Part shown: positions 1-11,982 of the stretch, piece after piece
Layout: every line of letters begins with the position of its first letter
How positions within the stretch are numbered: position 1 is the first letter of the stretch
DNA from: Macrostomum lignano
Taxonomy: Eukaryota
Direction of reading: 5' to 3'
Length of the DNA stretch: 64,000 nucleotides
Assembly: GCA_002269645.1 (NCBI GenBank)
Contig: NIVC01000593.1
Location: forward strand, 181,454 to 245,453
The notes under the pieces: model-generated
What the model saw: only the letters and a program-made list of their open reading frames with translations
Databases searched by the model: none
Told to the model about the DNA's origin: nothing
Translations under genes and position numbers: made by a program

Positions 1-1100
1 TCTAGTCTAACCCTCCCTGTCTCTATCTATTCTAACCCTTCCTGTCTCCATCTATTCTAACCCTTCCTGTCTCTATCTAGTCTAACCCTTCCTGTCTCCA
101 TCTAGTCTAACCCTTCCTGTCTCCATCTAGTCTAACCCTTCCTGTCTCTATCTAGTCTAACCCTTCCTGTCTCCATCTAGTCTAGCCCATCCTGTCTCCA
201 TCTAGTCTAGCCCATCCTGTCTCCATCTAGTCTAACCCTTCCTGTCTCCATCTAGTCTAACCCTTCCTGTCTCTATCTATTCTAACCCTTCCTGTCTCCA
301 TCTAGTCTAACCCTTCCTGTCTCTATCTAGTCTAACCCTTCCTGTCTCCATCTAGTCTAACCCTTCCTGTCTCCATCTAGTCTAACCCTTCCTGTCTCTA
401 TTTAGTCTAACCCTTCCTGTCTCCATCTAGTCTAACCCTTCCTGTCTCTATCTATTCTAACCCTTCCTGTCTCCATCTAGTCTAACCCTTCCTGTCTCTA
501 TCTATTCTAACCCTTCCTGTCTCCATCTAGTCTAACCCTTCCTGTCTCTATCTAGTCTAGCCCATCCTGTCTCCATCTAGTCTAGCCCATCGGCCATCCT
601 GTCTCCATCTAGTCTAACCCTTCCTGTCTCTATCTAGTCTAACCCTTCCTGTCTCCATCTAGTCTAACCCTTCCTGTCTCTATCTAGTCTAGCCCATCCT
701 GTCTCCATCTAGTCTAGCCCTTCCTGTCTCCATCTAGTCTAGCCCATCCTGTCTCCATCTAGTCTAGCCCATCCTGTCTCCATCTAGTCTAACCCATCCT
801 GTCTCCATCTAGTCTAACCCTTCCTGTCTCCATCTAGTCTAACCCTCCCTGTCTCTATCTATTCTAACCCTTCCTGTCTCCATCTATTCTAACCCTTCCT
901 GTCTCTATCTAGTCTAACCCTTCCTGTCTCCATCTAGTCTAACCCTTCCTGTCTCCATCTAGTCTAACCCTTCCTGTCTCTATCTAGTCTAACCCTTCCT
1001 GTCTCCATCTAGTCTAGCCCATCCTGTCTCCATCTAGTCTAGCCCATCCTGTCTCCATCTAGTCTAACCCTTCCTGTTTCCCTCCCATCTAGTCTAGACT
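1..1100. repeat. 25-bp minisatellite (TCTAGTCTAACCCTTCCTGTCTCCA)n in an ATRX intron; continues beyond window start
   Basis: About 44 near-identical 25-bp units read directly. Confidence 0.97.
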
Positions 1101-1226
1101 TCCTGTCTTTGCCTTCCCATTCCTGTCTCCCTCATACGACTACGAGCCTTTCTATTCCTGTCTACTCGCTGACCTCCCCTTGCCCCCCTCTTTTGTCCCC
1201 AAGCTTCTAGAAAAAAAACAACGTAC

Positions 1227-1547
1227 CAGAAAGTGCTCTTTAACAGTTTTAATAACAACAACGGCTTCCTCCTGTAGGTGCCGTAGTGAGCTCTGATCGC
1301 AGGCGTAGCAAAGCCAAACAGACTCGTCCGGCAAGCTTTCAATATCCTGCAGAGCGCTGCGACCAAGATTGCGTTTAATACAAGTGCGACAGAATGAATG
1401 CTCGCAATTGTCGCAGCAGATTAATGAGCCGCCTTCGCCGCACCAGCGACACTGATTCTCTTTGCCCTGCTCGTCCGAGTCGAAGTGGCCAGACGCGTAG
1501 AATTTATAGCATTTCTGGCACACCAACACTTTTAGTAGCGGATGCAC
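1227..1547 (-). CDS. ATRX: ATRX-like chromatin remodeller, coding exon 2 (ADD domain zinc fingers); gene continues out of the window
   Basis: VHPLLKVLVCQKCYKFY...CRWCGEGGSLICCDNCEHSFCRTCIKRNLGR...WLCYAC matches the ATRX ADD domain; acceptor ttcag| at 1548, donor |GTACGT at 1226. Confidence 0.92.
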
Positions 1548-1645
1548 CTGAATGAAGATGGAAAAACAAACTTTTGACTTTTGAGTAGTATTCACTAAGT
1601 AGTAGATAACAGTTTTAAAGTGAAAAAAATTTATTGCACACTTAC

Positions 1646-1981
1646 ATCCATAGTGCCATTGTAAGGATTGACTTTCTTTCCACAAGCGGTGCACTTAACG
1701 GTGTCGTAAATTCCTGGCGCGGCGCATCGAGCACCGGACGAGGCCTGATCGAAGCAGGCAACTTGGCTATTGCCAGTCTCAGCAACGGCTTCCGGTTGCA
1801 CAACCACAGTGCCGTCCTCCAATTGCTGCTGGCCTTGACCATTAATTATAGTAGTAGTCAGAGTAGGCGTTTGGGGCTGCGACAGTGGCTCAGGCAACTG
1901 AGGCGCAACTAACGTTGCCTCAGTATTGTCTTCCTCCTCACTGTTTGCCACGCGCCGAATCGCGCACTGCTTGGTTCGCAT
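1646..1981 (-). CDS. ATRX: ATRX-like, coding exon 1 (N-terminus and first ADD Cys pair)
   Basis: ATG at 1981; VKCTACGKKVN parallels ATRX VSCTACGQQVN; donor GAT|GTAAGT, 98-bp intron, phase 0 joins exon 2 in frame. Confidence 0.85.
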
Positions 1982-3129
1982 AATTAATTATTAACTACTT
2001 GTCGGTAGTAGCTGACAGGTTTGATGTTCACCTTTGTTTGCCGTTGAATCAGACAATCTGATTGTACAGTTGAGGTTGCTTATTCTTTTTTACAAACCGG
2101 AGTTGGGTTCTCCCGGCTGGAAATACGAGACAAGAAGGCTTGCTACACTGCACACTTCAGTTGGTTATATAGAATAACTAGCATATATGTACAATAGGGG
2201 GAAGAAGAACCATTAAAGGGCATGTGATTGGCCAAAATAGAAGGGGAGGCGTTCGTTGAAATCGGGCACACAGAAGAAACACACAGACCAATGCTCCTAC
2301 GTAGGCGAAAAATTCTGCAAATTATTTCTCTAAGGTCTAGGCACAGAGAGACGTGGGGCGGCGCTTGGAAAGGGAAGGAAAATCTCGCGTTCAGTTCAGC
2401 AAGCAAACACTGCAAACCCTGGCCTTGCCCTCTCCTTTCTACCCCCTCCGCGTGCGCAATGAAATGAAGGCTGGGGCCAGCCCCACCCCATTTCCTCTCA
2501 ACCCTAGCTGATCATGTGACTTGCAACCCCACCCTGCCCAACACGAGACGCGAAACGTTCCACACTGTACATTTAGAACCTACCCTCACTCAGTCCCTCA
2601 CTCAGCCCTTTTTCACTCCACTCCTTCTCTCCATAGCTTTCACACGCCCGCAAACACGTTCTAGACCAGTAAAAAAGCCTGGTAGCCTGGCCCTGTACAC
2701 AACACTAGTCTAGTAGGGATCACGCGCTTAATGCGTGACTGAGAGAGGACGACTGGAAGGCCAAAAGGGGGCAGAGAGGACAGCGCAAGGTTTAGGTTTG
2801 TTTAATTGGTAGTCGAAGCCCCGGGTTTATATAGGGTTTACATTTACATAACACTGGTTCCTAAACCGGAAAAAACCGGTTTGCATGCAAAAAAGTTCTA
2901 CAGTACAGTTAGAAACGATAGGGCAACATAGGACAAAGGAATTAAATACATAAATATCAATTAGACAGTGGGAGTTCTCTACGAAAATGACGTAATAAAA
3001 TAAATTAGGATCTGATACTGATATAAAAATCTAGCTGCGGTAACTAATGAATCCTAAGTTTCTAACTTATGATTAAATCTTATGATCTTATGATTATGAT
3101 CAAGTACTTTAATATTGAAAAATAACGCG

Positions 3130-3345
3130 TTACAATCTGTCTATGCAATATTTGCAGAAATAAAGCAGCAATTAAAACACCAAGAAGTAACATCGTTCAT
3201 AAAGGGCAATGTCACACAGATATTGGCCCGATTTCCAACAAACGTTTATCTACAATAAACACAGTAAACACAGACTTACAGACAGCAGACAGACAGACAG
3301 ACAGGAAGGAATTGGAAACAAGTGTTCTTAATATATAGGCTTACA
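3130..3345 (+). mobile_element. Possible Helitron/Helentron-associated non-autonomous element end with (CAGA)n
   Basis: Short (CAGA)n followed by ...GTTCTTAATATATAG; similar layout at 20880-20975; pattern resemblance only. Confidence 0.3.
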
Positions 3346-4835
3346 GAGTAGGTTTTAGGGCAAATCAGAACACGGAGACCTAAGCTTTCTTTTCAAATAA
3401 AAAGGCGATATATATATATATATTAATTAGTAGCCGGTTAGGTCTTTTGTTAGGAACCTCGAGTGTTCAAGTACACATTGACAGTTGTGAGTAATTAATT
3501 AACCCTCAGATGGTGCTTGTTGCAGTGCAGTAGTGGCTCAAGAAAAAAAGCAAACATTTTTTTAAAATACTTATAGCACACGTACACACGTTAATTACAT
3601 TAATTCGGTCAAAACTCATTGATTAAAAAACATGCATTGAATATAAAGTTGAAGCGTTGAAGACGAGTGAAAAAACTGGCATACCTAAACAGGAATTTGC
3701 GTTTTGAAAGCAGAAATTCCATTTAAAAAATTACCCAACACGACCCAGGCACAGGTCGATATTTAAATCACGCTTTTTTCTTCTATTGCTGTTGTACTAG
3801 TTGATTTGTTTTATTTAGCAAGAACTTATTAGCTCACAATTTGACAGACGTTAATGATTAAAGTCTAATTATTGCAAATTCATATTATAGATTTAGTAAT
3901 TAAACACAAAAATAGATTCAATATATAGTTAAAAAGAAATTTAAACAGTAGAAACAAATATGCTCGTATATTTACAGAAGAAATACCACGATTAGTTAAA
4001 GGCCTGTGCGATCGAGGTCGGAACCAAAATAAATCTTTAATTTTTTGTAATATGTTTTTAGCAATTACAATCGAGTCACAGTCGAAAATTGGTGAATACT
4101 AATTTTTCTAGCTTTAGTTCAGAAGAGACTTGAATAATCTAAGATTGTGTACATAGTACACGGGCAGTGGTAATGACATCCACTTAAGTATGTATATATA
4201 TACATTAGAATTTACAAACCCATTACCTTGTATATAGTGAATAATAATGAAATAGAATTAATGAATCGATCATGAATGGCTGCAGTTAAGGTGTTACCTT
4301 CCACTCTGTCTGTAATTTGCAGAAGTATTTATACCGAAATATGCACCTTAATTAAATGATTTTTAAAGAGAAAACTAAAACGAAATCAAACACAATAATG
4401 TAATAAACCTTAACGTACAGCCAGAAAAACAGATTTTTGCTTTTTTGATTATCAAATAAGAGGTACAACAATAGCAATAACCGAAGCTACCAAAGGAACT
4501 GAAAAAAGAGAATGAAAGCTTTTTGCTTTACTAGGCGATGGAAAAAATATTAAAATATAAGGAGCGACCGGGACTTTGAGTTTTGACCAATAGGCTGGGT
4601 AAAGTTTCAACTACTCGTAGCTCCTAGCTCGAACATTCTAGCTGACCGTCACTAACGTCCAGACGAGCTTACAAACGAGTTTTGTTGCTAATCTCATTCC
4701 AAACTCAACGGTGCAAATCAAAAAGAATCACAATATGACAGTGAAATTGACAAAGATTGGGCAGAGAATCTTCTATTAAACTAGACTTGTTGATCCAACT
4801 TTTGCCCCATTCAAGTCGGTCAGAAATCTTCGACT

Positions 4836-5334
4836 TCACGTTTGTTGGTCTTGCTGCTGCTGCTGTTGCTGCTGCTGCGCGTCCAGGTTAATTCTATGCA
4901 CGTGTATTTGACCAGTTTGCCTGGGCGGCCGAGCCGACCAGGAGGCGAAGAAGGCAGCAAAAAACAGTAGGGTAACGGCGCCAAGTGCCATAGTTGACAT
5001 GAAGTTAAAATAGGCTTTGTAGCAGACCCGACAGTACCAGATAATACCAAGGATGCCGCCAAATAGTGGAAACATGTAGCTACCAATGTCGCCCTGACCT
5101 TCTAATGGTCCGACGCCGTCGCCTTCTGCTGCACCGCCGCCACCACCAGAGGCAGCAGCAGCTCCGGACTCCTCGTTGGCACTCGTATTTCGTTCGGTGA
5201 TGAGACAATGAATGGTGGCCTCCTCGGGTATGGCGTAGCTGGCCAAGGTACAATCTGTGCCCTCTTTGAGCTCGCGACCGTTGTAGATGAGACGAATGTT
5301 CATATTGCGCGACATTTCTACTTGGAAGTGCTTC
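4836..5334 (-). CDS. TMUB1: TMUB1/2-like protein, exon 2 (rest of UBL domain and two C-terminal TM helices)
   Basis: NIRLIYNGREL...TLASYAIPEEATIHCLI and GSYMFPLFGGILGIIWYCRVCYKAYF...LGAVTLLF match TMUB; acceptor ttccag| at 5335; TGA at 4836-4838. Confidence 0.9.
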
Positions 5335-5578
5335 CTGGAATGGGATATATAGGTGTTATTAAATATATTATTTTCATATTGCAGGATCTTTAGGATGACA
5401 GGAACGATATCCGATTTCATGCAGACAAGTGTTTTAAGCAAGGAACAAGGACTCAAATTGTTGCTATCAGAAAGCATATTTTCAACGGAATAATACCTAG
5501 GTCATTAGTACATCGTACCTTAATGTAAACTCCTAAAAATCAAACATCAATCCAAAACATCACCAACTAGCGACTAAC

Positions 5579-6615
5579 CGTTTAAAATTTGCAATAGACT
5601 CGTTGGGCAGGGCTACAACCGTGCGCAGATCGTCGTTAAAGTATTTCAATCTGAGTAGCAGACTGCCCGGTGGTCGGCTCGAAGATGCAGTCGCCGACGA
5701 TGTTGGCGCAGCGGCGGACGCTGTATCAACGGTGGCAGCAGGAGCTGCGGACGGCATCGCGGAAGACGACTCGAGGATCGATGATGAAGCAGCTTCGCTT
5801 CCAACGACAACAGCTGATGCCGGAGTATCAGATCCAGAGACAGGAGAAGCGGCCGCGCCAGTTCCAGCCCCAGAAGTTGAGGCAACGCTGGCGCTGGCAT
5901 CAGAGTCAGCCGGCTGGGTCAGCAGACAATTAAAATACTTTAATCGTCGATTTCGCAGTTCCGAATCGTTCTTAGCCTCCATAACCTGGGTGTACTCGTT
6001 AAGCACGTCCTCGACGCGTTCGCGCATCTCGGGGTCAAGGTCGCCGTCTGATTCCAGCACGTCAACATCATAGGCGGCCAGATCGGTGGTGACCGCAGCG
6101 GCTGCAGCTGGAGTATCAATGGCGGTGGTGTCGCCAGCATCTGCTGCAGCGTCTGGCACTGTCGCAGGCTCCGTCGCGATGCGAGCACTGTCAGAGGGTG
6201 GCGTCGCGATGCGAGCACTGTCAGAGGGTGGCGTCGCGATGCGAGCAGTGTCAGAGGATGGCGACGCACTGCTAGACGGAGTTTCAGTTGTTGCTGTTGA
6301 AGCGCTCGGAGCTTCAGCAGCAGCTGTTGGAATAGGAGCCGGACCAGTGATTGCTGCGGGAAGCAGCGGCGCGGTCGCTACCTGCTGCGGTTGCTGCTGC
6401 TGCTCGCCAGGTCTGTAGCGGCCAAAATTTTCAAACACGAACACAGCAATAGGTCGCATATCCTGCGGCACGTACGTTGATAGCCAAGCAGCCACAAGGA
6501 TTAGGCCAGCAAGCAGGATGAAGAGGCAGACGACAACCTCAGAGCCGATGCCTTCTACGAAGGCACTACCAGCTGTCGCTGCCGTGTTGGCTGAGGCACC
6601 AGACGGGTCTGCCAT
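5579..6615 (-). CDS. TMUB1: TMUB1/2-like protein, exon 1 (N-terminal TM, long low-complexity linker, start of UBL)
   Basis: FVEGIGSEVVVCLFILLAGLILVAAWLSTYV parallels TMUB LIEGVGDEV...LAWVST; LLLRLKYFND starts the UBL; donor CG|GTTAGT; spliced product 511 aa. Confidence 0.9.
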
Positions 6616-8549
6616 TCTACTGCTTGGTACTGCTGCTTTTGTTAAACAAAGGATGACTTTCTGTCATAAAAGATACAATTAGTGCGATTATCCTTATATT
6701 TCTCTGTTGATCTTAATATAAAGTGGTGATTAGCATTTCAGTATTCTAAATCTTTTATCTATATCTAACAAGTATATCTTAAGAAACCAAGAATAAAGAC
6801 AAAATTTTATCAACAATGACAGATAGACCAAACAAAGGGGCAAGTTTCAATGTTTCCAGGCTGTGTATTTGCAAATAAAAAGACATTTAAATTGATCTGC
6901 ATAGCGGACGACTAGCTTTTTTTGGTCTTGTCAAAAATATGAAAATCTATTAATTAATATAAACGAGCAAAATGACACTCTAATCAAGCATGAAAGTGCC
7001 CTGCGCTCCGGAGTCTGAATATGTTGAATAATACAAAACTGAACTGTGTGAAGAGAAGAAAGCTTGAATGAATAAACGTGAGAAACACCTCAACTATGTG
7101 AAACTCCCGGACTCATGAACGAGTTCTTCATAAACGAGATTTCTTAACTTTCCAATATCACAGGCATGAAACAAAATAGAAGATATTGAAAGCTTATTTT
7201 GTGCAAAGCAAATACAATGACTATGATGTGTCTTTAAGGACTACGGTGCACTTGTGTAAACCAGTAAACCAGTAAAAAACAATTAGAGAATAAATATAGA
7301 AGCAAGCTCTTTGTGTGTACAATATTCAACCAATATATTAAACATCTGATTCTAAGACTAATCTAAACAGTTCTTGAGGCTCTTCATATTGCTTGTTCTG
7401 GTTCTAGAACCAGAACCAATTTGTAAAGAATAACTTTTTTTCTCCTAAACTAGAGGGATATTAGTGCTTTAAAACTGTGATTATTGAATGGCAATAGCCA
7501 AGAAGAAAGTGAAAAATTGTGCAAAGTGAGGCTGTTAAGGCACTCAAACATTCAACAAAGTTAAATAGTTATACTGCTTTTTTTCTTGGAAATCCGAACC
7601 GATTCTGGTTCTGGAATCGATTGCCGTGAAGAGGCTTCTTATCAGACTCAGGATACCGCTTTCAGGACTAAGGGGTCTATACAGTATATGCTAGCTGAAT
7701 AGATAAGCTAAAGGCTTAAAGCTAATAACAGTGGTGAATTAGATCTTTCTAACCCCACAATTTTTCAAGCCTAAGTATGAGTCATAGTCTGCCCTCTCCT
7801 CTCCTCTATCTTGCGCTTAAGCCCCTATAGCCCCGCGCAGGCGAGCAAAAGCCATGAGCTAAAAATAGAAAATGACTAATCAAGGCTATCTGACTAAGCG
7901 CCTCTTTACTATCCAAAACTATGAAAGCTAATGGCTAGTGGGCAGTTAGCTAATCACCTAATAATAAATATACCGCCCGAAGAAACACCAGCAGTGCAGC
8001 ATTATATCATGTTTATTAAAAATAATAGAATGTTTTGTAATAGAAAAGGTTGAGATCAATTAATCACTTAATAAAATGGGCTTACCAAAGCAGTACATAA
8101 TGGAATAATGTAATCATGTGTTTCTTTAAAAATGTGTTACCCAAATGGTAAGGAAATCGATCAGAGTTATAGGTAAAGTTGCACAAGTATGCGTAATGCA
8201 TTAATGCATGACTCAGCTGGATGACTCGGGGTGGCTTAATAAATTTTTGTTTTTGAATATACACAAAAATATCCGACCGTTGTTCTACTAATAGTAGGTA
8301 GATAGACTCAAAGTGAAGAAAATGACAAACTTTCAATTAAACAAGTGTCACTAAAAGCTATACCAAAATATCTTTCAGAGGTTTAACAGAGTTGATTGGA
8401 AACTTCTTTAAAATTGTTTAAACTATCCTTAGATTTGTACTTACAGTAGGAAGATACTTCAAGCAAGGTTTAAGTAGAATTTTAGAAAACTACACCACTC
8501 TTCTTTAATTACGAAAAGTAGACGGGTGTACGTATTAATTAGGAACAGC

Positions 8550-9192
8550 TTAAGCAACGTGTACAGCGCCCAGGAGGTCAGCCAGTTGGGCTTCCTCCGG
8601 CGTCCGGTTCAGCACGCTGCAGAAGTAGGCGGCAATGTCGGCGTCGGCGTCGAGAGCGGCGCTCTCCAATAGGAACGGATGCTGCAACAATTGCCGGTAT
8701 TTTGGCCGCTTCTTGACGTCTTTAGTTAGGCAGAGATTAGCAAAACTGCGGGCCTCCTCGGAGTAGCGAATATCGGTTAGCCTAGGTGGATCGCTCTTCA
8801 CCACCTGTTCCAGCTGCTCAAACATTGTGCCCCACTGTCTATAGGGGAAGCGGCCGGTGCACAGTTCGTACAACGAGATGCCTAACGACCAGACGTCGCT
8901 GCGCACGTCGTAGCCTTCGGTCATGCGCTGATGATCGATTCGTTCTGGCGCCATGTAGGGCCGACAGCCGGCGTCGCGGGTCTTGGCTATGCTGTCAACC
9001 AGCTTGCCGGCTATACCGAAGTCGCACAGCTTCACCCGGCCCCGCCTGTCAGCCAGGATATTGCTGGGCTTCACGTCTCGGTGCATCATGCCTAGCTTCT
9101 CTTTAAGATAGTCCAGGGCCGAAACTGTTGCCAAAGCGATCCGAGCGATTACAACCTCCGGGATGGCCTCGTGCAGATGGTGGTAGACAATT
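8550..9192 (-). CDS. MAP2K4: MAP kinase kinase 4 (MKK4/SEK1), last coding exon (kinase C-lobe)
   Basis: HRDVKPSNIL, DFG, activation loop LVDSIAKTRDAGCRPYMAPERID typical of MKK4; acceptor ctgcag| at 9193. Confidence 0.95.
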
Positions 9193-9614
9193 CTGCAGGT
9201 GGTGGTAGTTAATTGTAATTATAGGTAACAGGTAAGTAAACGTAATTTAACAGATCTGGAATCATGCACTTATAGAAGACAAAACAAACTGTAAATCTGC
9301 AGAATTCAGAAGTTTCAATCAATTTAGTTTTCCACTTAGGCAAAAGGTCTATTAATAAGAATGCTATACTAAACTAATCATAAAGTCTGCTCATATTAGC
9401 ATCACTTTCATGACATCCTGAATTCGGACTCCGGAAACAAAATTAGCACCCAGTCTCTGCACTGGATATAATTTAAATTAAGTTTCATATTTTGATAATT
9501 TAGCTTTTAATAATTGTAATAATAATTGGTTGGTATTCTTGGGATTTTTAAACTTTATCAATTTTTAAATTTAAGTAATCTGTAGACATTGAGCCTCCAG
9601 ACTTACTGCAGGAG

Positions 9615-9885
9615 GGGGTTGTAGCCTAGTGGTTAAGACCGTCAGAGCGTAGGACTCACAACTAGAAGGTCGGGGGTTCGATTACCAATCCCGGTCCTTG
9701 AGCAACTTAACTCTGCATTGCTTCAGTTCACCCAGCTGTAAAATGGGTGCCAGCATTTGCTGGGGTAATTGAGGTTGTGCGTAGCGACCCCCCCCCCCCT
9801 CAGTCCTTGGACTGAACAGCCGTACGCAGCCTCCAGATGTTACTGAACTGTCCGTTACATATATGGCCCAATTATTATTATTATG
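9615..9885 (+). mobile_element. tRNA-derived SINE in the MKK4 intron
   Basis: A-box TAGCCTAGTGG (~9622), B-box GGTTCGATTACC (~9675), central CACCCAGCTGTAAAATGGGT resembling CORE-type domains, (ATT)n tail. Confidence 0.7.
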
Positions 9886-10187
9886 CAGCTTCTGTAGGTT
9901 AGACAGGCTCAGAAATGTACAGGCCTACAGGGTAGGGTAGCGATGTTGATATTTTATTCGATTTTTCAATTTATTTGACTAATGCCAGCTGACATCTTTG
10001 GCTTTCAATTCGATTCACAGGCAAGAATAATCATGCGGATATGTACTCAGGCACACGCAAGCGACTCTAACCATCTCATCGTGCCTCTTTGGGTGGGGTC
10101 AACATACTTTTGCGAGAGAAGCATTCATTACTATGATTAGTGCGTTGTGGCAATTACAGGCGCAAAATTGCTCGAACAAAAACGAAC

Positions 10188-10687
10188 CTGTAGAACTTAT
10201 CCAGACTAGTATCCATCAATTCCATGCAGATCCAGCAGTCGCCTTCCTTAAACAGTGCGCCATATGAGCGGGCTATAAATTCGCATTGACAATTGACAAC
10301 TACATTCAATTCTAGCAGCATATTCTTCTGCTGCCGTTCGTCTACAGTTGATCGGATCCGTTTAACGGCCAGCACGACTCCGGTGGGGGTGTAGCGCATC
10401 CGGTTCACTGCGCCAAATGCGCCGCGGCCAATCTCGCCTAGATCTTCCAGATCGTCAACGCTAAACTGTCGCTCAGTGGCGTCGTCCGGCAATAATAACT
10501 TGCCAACCGCCGGCATCAACTGTTGATGCTGCTGCTGCTGCTGCTGATTGTGCTGATTGTGCTGGCCAAGGACTACTAAGGGCCGGCCGATGCCCCCGAC
10601 AGCCAGTTCTAGGCGTGGCCGGGGCCGCACTCGCTCCATGCCGGCTGTTAGCTGGCGCTGATTGCTGCTCTGCAATTGGCAATTCAT
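10188..10687 (-). CDS. MAP2K4: MKK4, first identified coding exon (docking site, poly-Q, kinase N-lobe)
   Basis: EDLGEIGRGAFGAVNRM...LAVKRIRSTVDERQQK...ALFKEGDCWICMELMDTSLDKFY; donor AG|GTTCGT, phase 2 joins to RIVY; ATG directly after aaaacag; 380 aa spliced. Confidence 0.9.
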
Positions 10688-10711
10688 CTGTTTTTTAGCC
10701 CCGGGAACCTC

Positions 10712-10900
10712 AGTGAGTAAGGTGAGGATTCTCAAAGTGAGTAAGGTGAGGCTTCTCAAAGTGAGTTAAGTGAGGATTCTCAAAGTGAGTAAGGTGAGGC
10801 TTCTCAAAGTGAGTAAGGTGAGGCTTCTGAAAGTGAGTTAAGTGAGGCTTCTCAAAGTGAGTTAAGTGAGGATTCTCGAAGTGAGTAAGGTGAGCTCTTC
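10712..10900. repeat. 24-bp minisatellite (AAGTGAGTAAGGTGAGGMTTCTCA)n
   Basis: About 8 copies immediately upstream of the MKK4 ATG exon. Confidence 0.9.
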
Positions 10901-11982
10901 CACTGATTGTCTTAGCCAGGCTTCCTAGCATATTGCAGCCATTATATCAAGTAATGATAAGACCAGTGCTGATAATGCTAATGATAAGAACACTTAGGAA
11001 AATAAAAAAACTGCATAAAGTTTGATGACATTTAGGGATTTTTCATTCACATATTTTCTGCAAATAATGCACATTTTTAATGTATCTGTGTACAATTTAT
11101 TAAGTTCCATTTCAGTGCAGCAAATGCTTAACCAGTGTCTATAAATTGTCCTAAACAACCTTAATCACTCTTAAACAGTCTTCAGAATTACAATTAACTA
11201 TTCAACATCAAACTACATTATATCACAGTTGTTTGATAGTGACATGGTTTATACCAATTCAGCATATAACATTGCATTTTGTCATATTTTAATATTTATA
11301 TACATATATAAGGCTGCTTATTAATGAATAATCAGCCTTATATTTAATAAAACAAATGAAAATCTTGCTTGTCCATATACTAAAAATGGTTTGTTGGTAT
11401 CTATTTATCTATCTATCTAGGTATGCGATTGATTTCAGAAAAAAACATCTGATCTTTTTTAGCTTCAAAAAGAATAGCAGTCTTATTTATTCTTTAAAGC
11501 TTTATTTTTTCATACAAAGAAATGTTTGTATGAAAAACAAGGAATGAAGCAAGGCTTATACAATACAACAAATAATACTATTGATCATTTAAAAAAGCTT
11601 TATAGATCAAATTAATAAAATTGCATTCAGAAAGAAAATTAAAAGGTAACTAAATCCTAGCAAAATAGTGGCAAACTGCAAGAATAACTGGCTGGCATTT
11701 TGCTTGCAAATGCTTATATAAGTGATATAGTGCTAGCTTATTTTTACAGGGTTTTATGCTGGGAAAAACAAAAGATATATATACAACAGGGCCAAATAAC
11801 AGTGGCTAAAAAACTCAGCTATATATAAACAGCTGCTCAGTTATGATAAGTGTTAAAAGAGTAAGCTAATTGATTTAGTTAACATTATAGACCATTAAAA
11901 CTCTGACTTTAATAAACTGATCTATACTTGAAGCTTTGCACATTAAGAAACTGAACCTTAATTTGAACATGCAACACATATA

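Noticed and set aside
9615-9690. Functional tRNA gene
   Set aside because: A and B boxes present but no complete cloverleaf; continues into a SINE body and tail
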